DNA from: a virus | Virus record (IMG/VR): IMGVR_UViG_3300044771_000072 | DNA length: 64,000 bases | Strand: one strand, 5' to 3' | In this document: piece by piece, positions 21,134 to 31,212 of the stretch | Layout of the letters: each line of letters begins with the position of its first letter | Numbering within the stretch: position 1 is the stretch's first letter | Position numbers and translations under genes: made by a program | Notes under the pieces: generated by a model | What the model saw: the letters and a program-made list of their open reading frames with translations, nothing else | Told to the model about the DNA's origin: nothing | Database searches by the model: none

Positions 21134-21991
21134 TCATGCGGCCTCCAGTTTCAAACGCGCCGCCTTGCGCGTTCTATATTTTCTGACCGCCTCCGGGTGG
21201 TGCCTCTGTTTCAGCATCCCCACCAAAATTGGATTGAAATTGTAGCCCCTCGCAATATCCGCTGGTCGCTCGCCGCGATCGATCGCCGCGATCAGCGCGA
21301 CGGCGATCTTCGGGTCGTACTTACGCTTGTCCCGAGGATCTTTCGGGATCGGCGTGTAGACCTCCTTCATATCCGGCCGATGGCGCTTTTTGAAATGCCA
21401 CAAGAGAGTCGGATCGTAGTCGTAGCGTCGTGCGATATCGGCTAGCGCTTCCCCTCCATCAACTGCCCTGAGCAGCTGTCTTTGGACAGCAGCCGCGAAT
21501 CTATTTTTCCTCTTCGGATCTCGAGGAATAGGTGTGTACACACGGTCATGGACGCGCTTCTTTGCCGTAGAGCGTCGGCACTCACGACAGAACGACTGCT
21601 GCTTTACGGTAACCAGATTAGTGGCCGTCATGGGGTGGCCGCGTTTGCACGTCCTCTTTCGCGCAAGACTCTTTGCGCGTCTGACATTTTCTTCTTGGGT
21701 CACAGGCTCTAAATGATCAGGATTCACACACCGTGAATTTCGGCACAGGTGATCGATGGTCAACCCCGGCGGTATCGGCCCTCTGAGCACCGTGTACGTC
21801 ATACGGTGCGCACCGATCATACGGGTCCAGGTCTCTCCGTCGATCACGCGCTTTAGCGTGTAGACGCCGTAGCCATTGTCATAATGTTTTCGGTTGAGTT
21901 TCCTATTCCAGACCCAACAGCCGGACGCCGGATCCTTCGTGCAAAGGGTCCTGATCTCTTGCGGCGTAGGCCATTGCACTTCCCCGATCAC
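21134..21991 (-). CDS. HNH homing endonuclease with duplicated C-terminal HTH-like repeats
   Basis: GCWVW, NGYG, AHR, IDHLCRNSRCVNPDHLE; VYTPIP(R/K)DP twice. Confidence 0.85.
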   Translation of the reverse strand: MIGEVQWPTPQEIRTLCTKDPASGCWVWNRKLNRKHYDNGYGVYTLKRVIDGETWTRMIGAHRMTYTVLRGPIPPGLTIDHLCRNSRCVNPDHLEPVTQEENVRRAKSLARKRTCKRGHPMTATNLVTVKQQSFCRECRRSTAKKRVHDRVYTPIPRDPKRKNRFAAAVQRQLLRAVDGGEALADIARRYDYDPTLLWHFKKRHRPDMKEVYTPIPKDPRDKRKYDPKIAVALIAAIDRGERPADIARGYNFNPILVGMLKQRHHPEAVRKYRTRKAARLKLEAA

Positions 21992-23916
21992 GCGGCCTCC
22001 AGCTTTGTCATCTCGCCGTAGTTGTCTCCCTTGGACACATCCACCCGATTCGGCACTCGCAGCTTGACCACGCTCTTCATGATCTCTCCCATCTCGAGCG
22101 CCTCTTTATCGTCATCACCGCAGTACCCGAATTCGTCATGCACGGTCAGATCGAGCGGGTATCCCGCATCGTCGAGTGCGACGAGCGCCATCTTGGTCTG
22201 CCCTGCTGCGGATCCCTGCACCAGCTTCGAGATCCCTTTGTGCTCCTCCCGGATGTTTCCACTCTCATCCAGCTCGAACCGTACGTGACGGCCACCGAGC
22301 GCGATGATGTACTTCCGTGCTTTGGCCGTGGCCGTGCACCGCTTCGCCAACAGCTTCACGTACGGCACGGCCTTGTCGAACTTGTCCAGGATTGCCTGAG
22401 CCTCCGGGCCCGCCGCTTCGTACGTCCGGCCGTCGAACTTGTTCGTGCGCCACTCCGTGGGCAACTTCAGTTTCTTCGCCAGTTTCCCGCCGCCGAGGCC
22501 GTAGCAGCGTCCGAGGTACAGCTCCTTCACCTCGTCACGCGGCAATTGGCACAGGTCAACCATCAAGTCGTAAGAGTCCTGGTTCGGATTCTCCCGGAAG
22601 CGATCTCCTGCCTCGCGTGCGCCTGGAAGCCGGCACAGCTCCGCAAAATGCACTGTAATTCTAGGCTCTTGCTGACTGTAATCGGCCGCGTAGCGCTTCT
22701 TGCCAGAGGGCGCGCAAAGTACCTTGCGCCACCGCTTCTTGATCTCCTTGCTACGCTTCATCGACGCCTGCACGTTCGGATGCTTCGCTGCGCACCGCCC
22801 AAAGCGCGCCCCGTCATCCTCGTCTTCGGCGTCGTCCGAAGCGCCCCGGAGCTGCTTGAACGACGGATGGATCCGGTCCCCGATCATGTGCTTGCGATAG
22901 CCGGCGACGTACGTGCCAAGCAGCTTGACGAATTCGCGGCCGGACACGACGGCCTTCGCAACTTCATCGTTCTGCTGTTCTAGCCACAGCTTCGTGATCG
23001 ACGGCGTCGGCTTCCCCGTACCCCCGTGAATCGGCGTTGGGACATCGAGGCCACGCTTCTTGAGCGCTGGGTACAGCTCATTCGCGTTCGAGATCGATCC
23101 CACGCGAATGCCAGTCAGGTGATGGATCTGCTCGAGGTAGTCCTGCAATCGTTGCGTTGCCCACGCCTCCACGCGATCCAGCTCGTCTAGATCCACGGGA
23201 AGCCCACGGCGGGTCATTCGCACCAACGCTGGCGTTACACGCGACTCGAGGTTGTACACCTCCTGCAAATTTTGTTCGTCGATCTCCCTCTCCTGCCTCC
23301 GCAGCACCTGCAGCGGCAGCCGCACGTCCTGCTCGGCGTAGCGCCCGACTGCGCCGGCGTGGAGCCGCCACAGTCCCTTCTTGGGATGGATGCCCCACGC
23401 CTTGGCGTGCGCCATCAGCTCGGTCTCGTCCTTCCCGGGCAGGCCGCGCCGGGCAGCGATCGCGTCGAGGCCGTAGGTCAGCTGGAGCTCGTCGAGCAAC
23501 GGCTCGGCGACCTGGACGTCGCGGTGAAACTTGACGTTGAGGAAGAAGACGCCGTTCTCCCAGAGGTAGTCGAGGTCGTACGGCGCCGAGTTGAAGACGA
23601 TCTCCCCCGTGAACAGCAGCGCTTGTTCGCGCAGATAGGCCCAGACGCCAGCCTCGGGGAGATTGCCGCCGCCCTGATGGCGGATCGGCAAGTAGTGCGC
23701 AGGGCCATCCTCGATCGCGAAGCCGATACCGCAGACGTAACCGCCACGGCGCACGCCGGGGCCGAGGAGGTGCAGATCATCGTCGCGACACTCGACGTCG
23801 ATGCACACGCGCTTGGCGTCGATCCACGAGGGGAGCGTGGATAGCTCGGGCGCCACCCACGTGATCGGTGGCGCCGTGAGAGGCACTTGAAGCCAGCCTG
23901 CATCCCGCGCTTTCAT
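21988..23916 (-). CDS. DNA polymerase family A with 3'-5' exonuclease domain
   Basis: CIDVEC, YAEQD, ADYSQQEPR, KELYLGRCYG, TVHDE. Confidence 0.95.
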   Translation of the reverse strand: MKARDAGWLQVPLTAPPITWVAPELSTLPSWIDAKRVCIDVECRDDDLHLLGPGVRRGGYVCGIGFAIEDGPAHYLPIRHQGGGNLPEAGVWAYLREQALLFTGEIVFNSAPYDLDYLWENGVFFLNVKFHRDVQVAEPLLDELQLTYGLDAIAARRGLPGKDETELMAHAKAWGIHPKKGLWRLHAGAVGRYAEQDVRLPLQVLRRQEREIDEQNLQEVYNLESRVTPALVRMTRRGLPVDLDELDRVEAWATQRLQDYLEQIHHLTGIRVGSISNANELYPALKKRGLDVPTPIHGGTGKPTPSITKLWLEQQNDEVAKAVVSGREFVKLLGTYVAGYRKHMIGDRIHPSFKQLRGASDDAEDEDDGARFGRCAAKHPNVQASMKRSKEIKKRWRKVLCAPSGKKRYAADYSQQEPRITVHFAELCRLPGAREAGDRFRENPNQDSYDLMVDLCQLPRDEVKELYLGRCYGLGGGKLAKKLKLPTEWRTNKFDGRTYEAAGPEAQAILDKFDKAVPYVKLLAKRCTATAKARKYIIALGGRHVRFELDESGNIREEHKGISKLVQGSAAGQTKMALVALDDAGYPLDLTVHDEFGYCGDDDKEALEMGEIMKSVVKLRVPNRVDVSKGDNYGEMTKLEAA

Positions 23917-24149
23917 GTGGCGTCCTTGGTGAGCTGCCCGATGTCGTGCTGCAGTTTCTCGAGCGCCTTGCGGCACACGATCAGCGCCTCGCCAGGGCGA
24001 AGGCGCGTCTCCGTGGCGATCTCGAGGGTCGTCACTCTGCCGGGGCAGAGACCGATCTTGGCGCAGCGCCGGCGGCGGCGCGTGCCTGCACCGACGGATC
24101 GCGTCTCAACCACCTCGGTCGGACCACTACAGAGCGGGCACGCGATCAC
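23913..24149 (-). CDS. NrdR-like N-terminal Zn-ribbon protein
   Basis: CPLC...VVETR...TRRRRRC...RVTTLE. Confidence 0.7.
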   Translation of the reverse strand: MIACPLCSGPTEVVETRSVGAGTRRRRRCAKIGLCPGRVTTLEIATETRLRPGEALIVCRKALEKLQHDIGQLTKDAT

Positions 24150-24379
24150 CGGATCCCTCCGATCCGCACGCTGTCCAGATCGAGCTTGTCCAGGGCGATT
24201 CGAATCAGCTCCGACTTGTTTGCCTTGGTCCAGCCGCGGCGCTTGAGCTCGGCGACCTTGGCTGCCAGCTCTTCGAGGTCTCGCGTGTAGAGCGAGATGC
24301 AGATCACCTTGTAGTGGGACGGACGTTTCTTGCCGGTGGCGGCAAAAACATCAACTTCTAGTTGACCTTTTTTGGTCAT
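24146..24379 (-). CDS. RHH-like DNA-binding protein
   Basis: YKVICISLY...[17 protein letters not shown]. Confidence 0.6.
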   Translation of the reverse strand: MTKKGQLEVDVFAATGKKRPSHYKVICISLYTRDLEELAAKVAELKRRGWTKANKSELIRIALDKLDLDSVRIGGIR

Positions 24380-24569
24380 CGGGATTCCGTGGCGCGGATC
24401 AGCTTCAACAGCCGAGACTCCGCCTTCTGAAAGTTGTCCTGTCGCTCGGGCAGCAACGCGCCGCGATCTGCCGTATCAGCGATGTGCTCACGCAGAGCGC
24501 TGAGCATCCACAGCAGCTCGCCACGATCGAGGAACACGGTGCGCCGCACCGGCCGCTTGGGAATGCGCG

Positions 24570-24869
24570 TCACGGGCGCGCCTCCGTGCCGAGCAGTCCT
24601 CGTCGCGTCAGCCCGTCGTAGTTCCGCCGCACCAGCTCGCGCGACGTCACCTCAAGCGCACCAAGCTTCACGGCAAGCACGCGCTTGGGCGGCGTGACGT
24701 CGTAGTGGTGTGCGCTTGCGACGGGACGCTCTTGCGACCACGACCGCTTGAGACCGAGACGCACCGCGAACGCGTGCAGCTCGTCCGCGCCGACGTCCGA
24801 GACCAGGTGGGACCAGCGCTTGTAGCGCAAGGACGTCGCGTGCTCGGTGATGCCGTCGACGTAGATCAT
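24570..24869 (-). CDS. DUF4031-like protein
   Basis: MIYVD...WSHLVSD...ELHAFA..LGLKRSW.Q...HYD. Confidence 0.8.
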   Translation of the reverse strand: MIYVDGITEHATSLRYKRWSHLVSDVGADELHAFAVRLGLKRSWSQERPVASAHHYDVTPPKRVLAVKLGALEVTSRELVRRNYDGLTRRGLLGTEARP

Positions 24870-25378
24870 GCGGCGCCCCAGGCGATGTCAGGCGCGAGAT
24901 CGCGGAGGATCGCGCGCGCGCGCGTTCGCAGCTCAGGCTTCCAGATATGGGCGTTCCGGCCGCTCGGATGCGGCAGGCTGACGAGCGTGATCGGCACGGC
25001 CCAGGCGGCGGTCACCGGCTCGATCCCGCTGGTAAAGAAGGGCTGCGTATACTCGAACGCATCAGCGACCTTGCGGCCGAGCAGGACGATCGTGCGCCAC
25101 GGCGCCGAAGGATCCGCGGACAAGAGGGCCGCGCGGCGGCGCGCCTCCTTCATCGACCACGCGTCGCAGGAGCAGAGGTTCGTGCGATGGATCGCGACGT
25201 ACGTATCCTCGTGCATGCCGAGGATCTGCATCAGGCGGTGACCCGAACAGCCGCGCGGCGCAGGGTAGAGTGCGAACTGCGGATCGGATCCGTACGGGTT
25301 ATCCTCTGCGCACAGAAGTACGGAGCACCCACGATCGCGCTCCGGTATTTCGCGATGCGCGAGCGTCGTGGCCGTCAC
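24866..25378 (-). CDS. Uracil-DNA glycosylase-like superfamily protein
   Basis: AEDNP, SGHRL, TNL, VLLGRKV, LPHPSGRN. Confidence 0.7.
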   Translation of the reverse strand: MTATTLAHREIPERDRGCSVLLCAEDNPYGSDPQFALYPAPRGCSGHRLMQILGMHEDTYVAIHRTNLCSCDAWSMKEARRRAALLSADPSAPWRTIVLLGRKVADAFEYTQPFFTSGIEPVTAAWAVPITLVSLPHPSGRNAHIWKPELRTRARAILRDLAPDIAWGAA

Positions 25379-25760
25379 GCGTGCGGCCCCTGGGTAGCGA
25401 GCATGTCTTCACTTGGCGCGGCCCACGTAGATCCGTGCTGCCGGCACAGCTCCAAGGCCTCATCGAGCTGGCTTGCCGGGACATCGCCCTCGAGCCACTC
25501 CCCGTCAGACGATCGGGCACGCCGCAGCCGGCCGCCAAGCACGGCGATCGCCATCTGGAGGATCTGCCACTGCGGCACGAGCGCCGCGCAGAACGCACGC
25601 GCCGCGCGATCCTCGCCGGGGATGTAGACCCATCCGGGGATCGACTTCGCGCGGTACGTCGGCACGTGATCGAACTGCGCCGCGGCGAGGCCGTTCGTGA
25701 TCAGGTGGTCCTGGTACGCGCGGTACGAGATGCGGAGCTGATCGAGGGCTTCGCGCTCGG

Positions 25761-26993
25761 TCATTGGACCACCGTCAGCTTGTGGGATGCACGCGTGATG
25801 CCGGTGTAGAGGTGTTTGCGCGCGTCGGCGCCGAACTGGCGCGATTCGTCAAACAGCAGCACGTCGCGGAATTGACTTCCTTGTGATTTATGCGTCGTAA
25901 TCGCCCATCCGTAGCCGACTTCGTTGTACTCGCGCTGCTTGAATCCCTTGAGCTCGTCTTCACGCGCCATGAAGTGGTGCAGCCACGCGTGGCACGTAAC
26001 ACGCTCGGCTTCATCGTCCGCGCTCGTCATCTCGAGCAGCGCCGTCATCTTGTCGAGATCAGGAACGCAGCGATCGATGATCCACGTCGACCCATTGAGG
26101 ATCCCGATGTCGTGGTTGTTGCGCAGACAGATCGCTCGATCACCGGCGACCGGTGCTGCCTCATGGTCCCGACCCAAAAGGCGCCGGATCTTCGCATTGC
26201 ACGCATGACGTGTCCTGTTGCGACCCACGAGGATCATCTCTGCGGACATGGCGCGCTCTTCGAGCGAAGGATCACCATGGCGCAACACCTCACAAGCGTC
26301 CCCGTGCGGACCGTACGGCAGACGCTCACCGCGGCGAGCCAGATCCGCAAGGTACAAGATCGGGCTGCCAAGCGCCTGACGGTGAATCTCTTCGAGCCGC
26401 GCATCGGGCTCGCGGCTGGTGAAGTAGCCCGTGCCGTAGACCGGCGGGAGCTGGTTCGAATCTCCGATGACGAGCAGCTTGGTACCGAACGACTCCAGAT
26501 CTTCGCCGAGGCGCCGATCGATCATGGAGCACTCGTCGATGACGCCAAGCTTGGCGTACTTCAGCGCAGCGTCCGTGTTGAGCGAAAACCGCGGTCCCTT
26601 GCGGGCGCCATCTTCCTCAGCGCGCGCGAGCTGCAGTGCGATCGCCTGCGCCTTCGCATCTTTGGCGGCCTGCAGGCGCTTGAGCTCGACCCGCATCTTC
26701 TCGATCGCCTCCGGCGACGGTGGATCGCCGGCAGGCCTGTAGATTGCGGAGTGAATCGTCGTGGCCTCGGGGCAGCCCTTCCGCTGCATGACCAGTGCTG
26801 CCTTGCCCGTCGGGGCGCAATAGACCACCTGGCTCGGCGCAAGATCCTGCACGGCGTGCTTGAGCAGCGTCGACTTGCCGCTACCTGCGGGGCCGTCGAG
26901 GTAGAACGTCGGCTTGCCGTTCGGATCGGCCAGCCAGCGTGCGATGGCATCGAGCGCAGCGGCCTGCTTTGGCGACCACGTAGGCGTCGTCAT
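25761..26993 (-). CDS. SF1B helicase (Dda/RecD-like)
   Basis: GPAGSGKS, APTGKAA, IDECSM, GDSNQLPPV, TTHKSQGSQF, YTGITRA. Confidence 0.92.
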   Translation of the reverse strand: MTTPTWSPKQAAALDAIARWLADPNGKPTFYLDGPAGSGKSTLLKHAVQDLAPSQVVYCAPTGKAALVMQRKGCPEATTIHSAIYRPAGDPPSPEAIEKMRVELKRLQAAKDAKAQAIALQLARAEEDGARKGPRFSLNTDAALKYAKLGVIDECSMIDRRLGEDLESFGTKLLVIGDSNQLPPVYGTGYFTSREPDARLEEIHRQALGSPILYLADLARRGERLPYGPHGDACEVLRHGDPSLEERAMSAEMILVGRNRTRHACNAKIRRLLGRDHEAAPVAGDRAICLRNNHDIGILNGSTWIIDRCVPDLDKMTALLEMTSADDEAERVTCHAWLHHFMAREDELKGFKQREYNEVGYGWAITTHKSQGSQFRDVLLFDESRQFGADARKHLYTGITRASHKLTVVQ

Positions 26994-27773
26994 CGCTGCT
27001 CCTTCCACACCCGTCGAAGATCAAAGATCGTCTCCGCGACGCCACGTACCGGATGCGTGATCAGCGTCGAGTACGCGTCCGCGATTCCGGCGAGCTCCAT
27101 CGCATCGCGCGGTGTCAACGTCTGCGGGGCGTAGCGCGCCTTCCACGCTGCGTCCTGGTGCTCTGATCCAAAGGGCCACGGCCAGGTCGTGCCATCCGCG
27201 CCGGAGCGCAGACGCACGTGGCGATCGTCAATCTTGTAGTCGAGCGCTTTCACGAGGACGCGGACTCCGCCGTCCGCAACCGCACAACCTCGATCCGCTC
27301 GAGGTGCAGGCCGCTGATCGTCACGCCTGCGCCGACGCACGTTCCGGGCATCGCCCCCGTGCTCACGCACGGCTTCCCGACGTGCGCCTCGCAGCGCGGG
27401 CACGCGACGCTCTCGGCGAGATGCTTCTCGCCAAACCAGGCCGTCTGCATGACGGCTCCTACGCCGCCAGCTTCGCGACTTCGGCGGCGTCGACGCCCTT
27501 GGAGATCAGCTCCTTCGAGAGCTTGTCGATCGTCGCGTTGCGCTCGCGGAGCTTGGTCTCCAGCGCTTCACGCTCCTTGGCGCTGCGCTGCTGGAGATCG
27601 CGATACGCGTCGGTGCGCTGATCACGCTTGGCGGTCTTGCGCTGGGAGTGGTCGTACTTCGAGGTGTTCACTCGGTTCCTTCATCGACAGCTGTGTTGAG
27701 AGAAAAGCCGGCGGCGCGTCGCCCCTGTCAAAGCGGCGGCCACCGGTGCGCTATCGGCGTGAGCCTACGGCGC

Positions 27774-27818
27774 AAAAAAGAAGTCAGGCCGGCGCTAGGG
27801 AGGCGCCGCCGGCCTGAC
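27774..27818 (-). terminator. Intrinsic terminator downstream of SSB-like gene
   Basis: 12-bp stem GTCAGGCCGGCG/CGCCGGCCTGAC followed by TTCTTTTTT on the minus strand. Confidence 0.75.
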
Positions 27819-27827
27819 GAAGCAGCA

Positions 27828-28769
27828 TCAGAAAGGGACGCCAGCTTCGGGATCGGGGCCCTCGTCTTGCGACATCGTCTCGTACGCCGCCTTCGCGAAG
27901 CCCTTGCGCACGTCGTCGCGAAGCTTCTTCGCGGCCTGGTAGCGCGGATCCGTCTTCTTGATCATCGACGGGATCAGATCATCGCCGCCGGCCGCCGGCG
28001 TCAGCACGGGAATCATGAACGTGCCCTTGGCGTTGGTGTCACTGACCGCCGTCATCTTCACGCGGTGCGCGAACAGCGGGACGTCGCCGATCTTGAGCTG
28101 CTTACCGATGAGCTTGGGCGCGAACATCGAGAGCTGGGTGTTCCAGCCGCGGTACGCCTTGATCTTCGTGCTCGAGAACGGGATCACGCCGAAGCCGGTG
28201 ACGTCGCCGGCCTTGCCGTACGTGATCGCGTACACCTCGAAGGTCTCGACCAGCTCGTTCGTCGGCTGCGGCTTCTGCGTCTTCGGGTCGGGCGGCATCG
28301 GCAGCGGGATCTTACCGATCGACTTGCCGTCGTTCTTGGCGATCGCGTCGAGCACGATCTTCGAGTTCGGCGCGTGTCGGCCGCGAAACCCACCACCGTC
28401 ATCGCGGGGGATGAACTGCAGCACGCAGTGATCGGTGATCGCGGCGACGAACTCGATCTCCTCGAACGCCTCCTTGGTCACCGTGTTGTAGATCATGCCC
28501 GCCCACATCTTGCCCTTGCTCTCGGCGACCTGCGGGCTGTTCGACTGCAGGATCACGAGCATCGGCAGCTTGCGATCGGCCATCGACTGCTGCTCGAAGC
28601 CGCCGCCTTCGTCGCCCTCATACTCGAACACCTCGATCGCCGTGCCCTCGGCCGGCGGAGGCGTGAGCGCGGCGCCCTTGCCGCCCTTCACGGCCGCGGC
28701 GTTGATCGCCGCGACATCTTCGGGGCGGATCGTCTGCTTCTCGGTACCCTGCGTGGTTGCTTTCGCCAT
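27828..28769 (-). CDS. Phage replication protein, SSB-like
   Basis: GFEQ...LPMLVILQSNSPQ; acidic tail ending in PF; strong AAGGA RBS. Confidence 0.6.
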   Translation of the reverse strand: MAKATTQGTEKQTIRPEDVAAINAAAVKGGKGAALTPPPAEGTAIEVFEYEGDEGGGFEQQSMADRKLPMLVILQSNSPQVAESKGKMWAGMIYNTVTKEAFEEIEFVAAITDHCVLQFIPRDDGGGFRGRHAPNSKIVLDAIAKNDGKSIGKIPLPMPPDPKTQKPQPTNELVETFEVYAITYGKAGDVTGFGVIPFSSTKIKAYRGWNTQLSMFAPKLIGKQLKIGDVPLFAHRVKMTAVSDTNAKGTFMIPVLTPAAGGDDLIPSMIKKTDPRYQAAKKLRDDVRKGFAKAAYETMSQDEGPDPEAGVPF

Positions 28770-29024
28770 CGCTTCCTTCTTCCTTCGTTGGTTGGTTACC
28801 GGCCGCGCGGAGGCGCCGCCGAACTTGTCAGGCGCCCCGAGGCGCCGATCGCTGTGCTGCGTGGCCAGCAGATGGACGGCGGTTCCGCCGTGGTGCCGGC
28901 TTCGACGCACCTCGAAGCTGCTCGCGCGATGGGGGCGCGGTGACGCCGGTACCGTGAACGTCAGCAGCCCCGACGTCAGCATCGCCACGAGCGCGAAGCG
29001 AAGGCGCGTGAACCGCATCACGCG

Positions 29025-29768
29025 TCACTTTCGCCTCAGCGCGGCGACCTTGAGGTCGTACAGGTTGAAATATTCCTTGGGGACGATCGTCCCTGCGCTC
29101 ATGAGCTCGCGCGCAAGCTTGCTGAGCGTTCCTGCGTGGACGTCCTTCTTTGCCTGCGGATCGAAGCCCTTGCCACGCAGCTCGAGCACCAGCTCGTCCG
29201 CGCGTGCATCGTCCCCGCGATCCAGATCCACGGTCACGACGTTCTTGATCACGCCCCCGTGGCCGCGCTCGATCAGCCAGCGCAACGCCCCCATACGCGC
29301 CTCGATGCGCTCGAGACCTGGGAGCGACGCCTTGATGTCCCGCTTGACGGAGACCTCGATGCCAGACGACGTCGTGCACTTGTCGTGGCGCATGAGCAGC
29401 ATCAGCGCCGGGATCTCGCGCTCGAGCAGGTTGCGCTCGACGTCCTTCGCCTTCTGCAAGACGTCCTCGGCGGCCTGTCGCGCGACGGTCGCGCGCTCGG
29501 CGGCGAGGGTCAGCCGATCGAGATCAGCGAAGGCTTTGGCGACCGCGGCGCCATCGGCTTCGCCATCGGTGCCGTAATCGTAGTCATCCGACGTATCGCC
29601 GTCGGTTCCGTAGTCGTCTCGATCGTCGACTGATCGAGCAGGTTTTGCAGAACTGACATGGTCCGTTCGATCTTCTGATCGAATCAGTTCCTTGGGCGTG
29701 ACAGCGCTCATGTCAAGCACCTTCTCAGAAGGCTCTGACACTGAGCCGGGCGCGGACAGGTCGGTCAC
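29025..29768 (-). CDS. Conserved phage replication-module protein (coiled coil, EIPALM...WL...GHG..IK)
   Basis: Motif pattern and position between helicase and SSB-like gene; start uncertain. Confidence 0.6.
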   Translation of the reverse strand: MTDLSAPGSVSEPSEKVLDMSAVTPKELIRSEDRTDHVSSAKPARSVDDRDDYGTDGDTSDDYDYGTDGEADGAAVAKAFADLDRLTLAAERATVARQAAEDVLQKAKDVERNLLEREIPALMLLMRHDKCTTSSGIEVSVKRDIKASLPGLERIEARMGALRWLIERGHGGVIKNVVTVDLDRGDDARADELVLELRGKGFDPQAKKDVHAGTLSKLARELMSAGTIVPKEYFNLYDLKVAALRRK

Positions 29769-29775
29769 GAACGAC

Positions 29776-29940
29776 CTTCTACGGAATTTTCCAGCTGTCC
29801 GTCAAGCGGGAGTGTGCGCCGGGATCTCGCCGCGCGCCCGAGCACGCCCCAGCCGCGCAAGGGCGCTGCGCGTTGTCCACAGGCGAAAGCTCGTCGGCCG
29901 CACCGCATTTGGTCACAGCCCTATCCACAAGTTGCTCACA
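29776..29940. promoter_or_regulatory. Intergenic region with leftward promoter-like TTGACG-N18-TAGAAG and DnaA-box-like 9-mers
   Basis: TTGTCCACA 29873, TTGGTCACA 29909, CTATCCACA 29921, TTGCTCACA 29932. Confidence 0.45.
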
Positions 29941-30018
29941 CGAGAGCTGGGATCTAACTTTCTCAGCCGATCCCGTTCGGCCAGTAACAATCTCGACCGC
30001 CTCGCGACGATCAGCCGC

Positions 30019-30402
30019 TTAGCAATTCGCCCCGTGGTTGGCGCCCCGACACCGGCAATCGCAGTTGGGTCCCGTCGCGTTCGTACAGCGCGCCCCGCAC
30101 GCGTGCTTGCTCTTCTTGGTCCCCTCCATCACACGTGCGAGTGCGCACGTGTGATCGCCGCATGGCACGCGCACAGCGGACGTGTCCGATCCGTGTGCCG
30201 CCATCGTGTACACGTTGCCGTCATGCGCCGCGATCACGTAGTCGTGGCGACCTGGCGCGTGCGCTGTCGTGAGCCGTCCCTCGATCTTGTGGGTCTGGCC
30301 ACAATGCTTGCAGCGTCCGATCCAGCGGTTGTCGGTGAGCCCCGCGACGCTGCCGGTGTCGATCCGATCGTACGCGGTACCCGTGTTCAACGCGACGGCC
30401 AT
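30019..30402 (-). CDS. Cys-rich phage protein
   Basis: CGARCTNATGPNCDCRCRGANHG. Confidence 0.7.
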   Translation of the reverse strand: MAVALNTGTAYDRIDTGSVAGLTDNRWIGRCKHCGQTHKIEGRLTTAHAPGRHDYVIAAHDGNVYTMAAHGSDTSAVRVPCGDHTCALARVMEGTKKSKHACGARCTNATGPNCDCRCRGANHGANC

Positions 30403-30412
30403 CGGGCAGACG

Positions 30413-30853
30413 CTAGCACGCGACACGCGACGAGAGCCACGAAAGGCGCTGGCCAATCTGCATCTGCGCCAACGGCTGCGCGAACGTGGCGCCTCGAGCG
30501 CCGTATGGCGCCGCGCGCAGGATCGGCTCCGCGTACTCCTTGCCTGCGTAGATCACGACGTGGCGTGTGACGGTCGGATGGCGCGCGACGATCGCATCCC
30601 AGACACGCGAGCCCCAGATCGGTCGCCACTCCTTCGCCAGATCGGTCAGCGTCTTATCGTACGGCGCGATCACCTGGTCCAGCTCGACGAGCGCGTACTC
30701 CGCGCTGATCACGTAGACGACGTCGCACGCGCGGTGCGCCTCGGCCAGCGAGAGCCGGAACAGCCGCGACAGGTAGAGATCGCGCGCCGGCGCGGCGTGC
30801 GCGAGCTTGGGCTTGCAGCAGCCGACGAGGCCGATCGCCACGCGAGGCGTCAC
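30413..30853 (-). CDS. DUF6884-like protein
   Basis: LVGCCKPK...PARDLY.S.LF...ISAEY.L...PYD. Confidence 0.65.
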   Translation of the reverse strand: MTPRVAIGLVGCCKPKLAHAAPARDLYLSRLFRLSLAEAHRACDVVYVISAEYALVELDQVIAPYDKTLTDLAKEWRPIWGSRVWDAIVARHPTVTRHVVIYAGKEYAEPILRAAPYGARGATFAQPLAQMQIGQRLSWLSSRVAC

Positions 30854-31071
30854 GCCGGCACCCAGATCGGACGCGGGACGTCGATCCAAACCGTCGTCCA
30901 GAAGTCCAACGTCGGCGGCAGTTCGTCCCCCGTGTTCGCAAAGATCACGTGGACGTTCGACGGCAATACGCCGCCGTGCGCGTCCAAGATCTTGCGCAGC
31001 ATGTAGCCGCTCGTCCGGCCGCCGGAGAACGAGACGTAAGCCGGGCCGTCGATTGCAAATGCGCTAGCCAC
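30850..31071 (-). pseudogene. Truncated PAPS-reductase-family (PP-loop) N-terminus
   Basis: VSFSGGRTSGYML...FANTG.E...TLDF, then a stop after ~73 aa. Confidence 0.65.
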
Positions 31072-31212
31072 CGCGTGGAGCCTTACCACGTCGGCGACGA
31101 CGACAGCGCGCCCATCGCACGAGGTCGCATGGTTGAGGGACACGCTTGCCTGTTGTGGTGTCGTACCAGCGCGCGTCGCTGCCGTCTTCGCGACGGCCAG
31201 GAACGCAGACGA

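Noticed and set aside
27700..27731. Promoter at perfect minus-strand TTGACA
   Set aside because: No acceptable -10 element at 16-18 bp spacing
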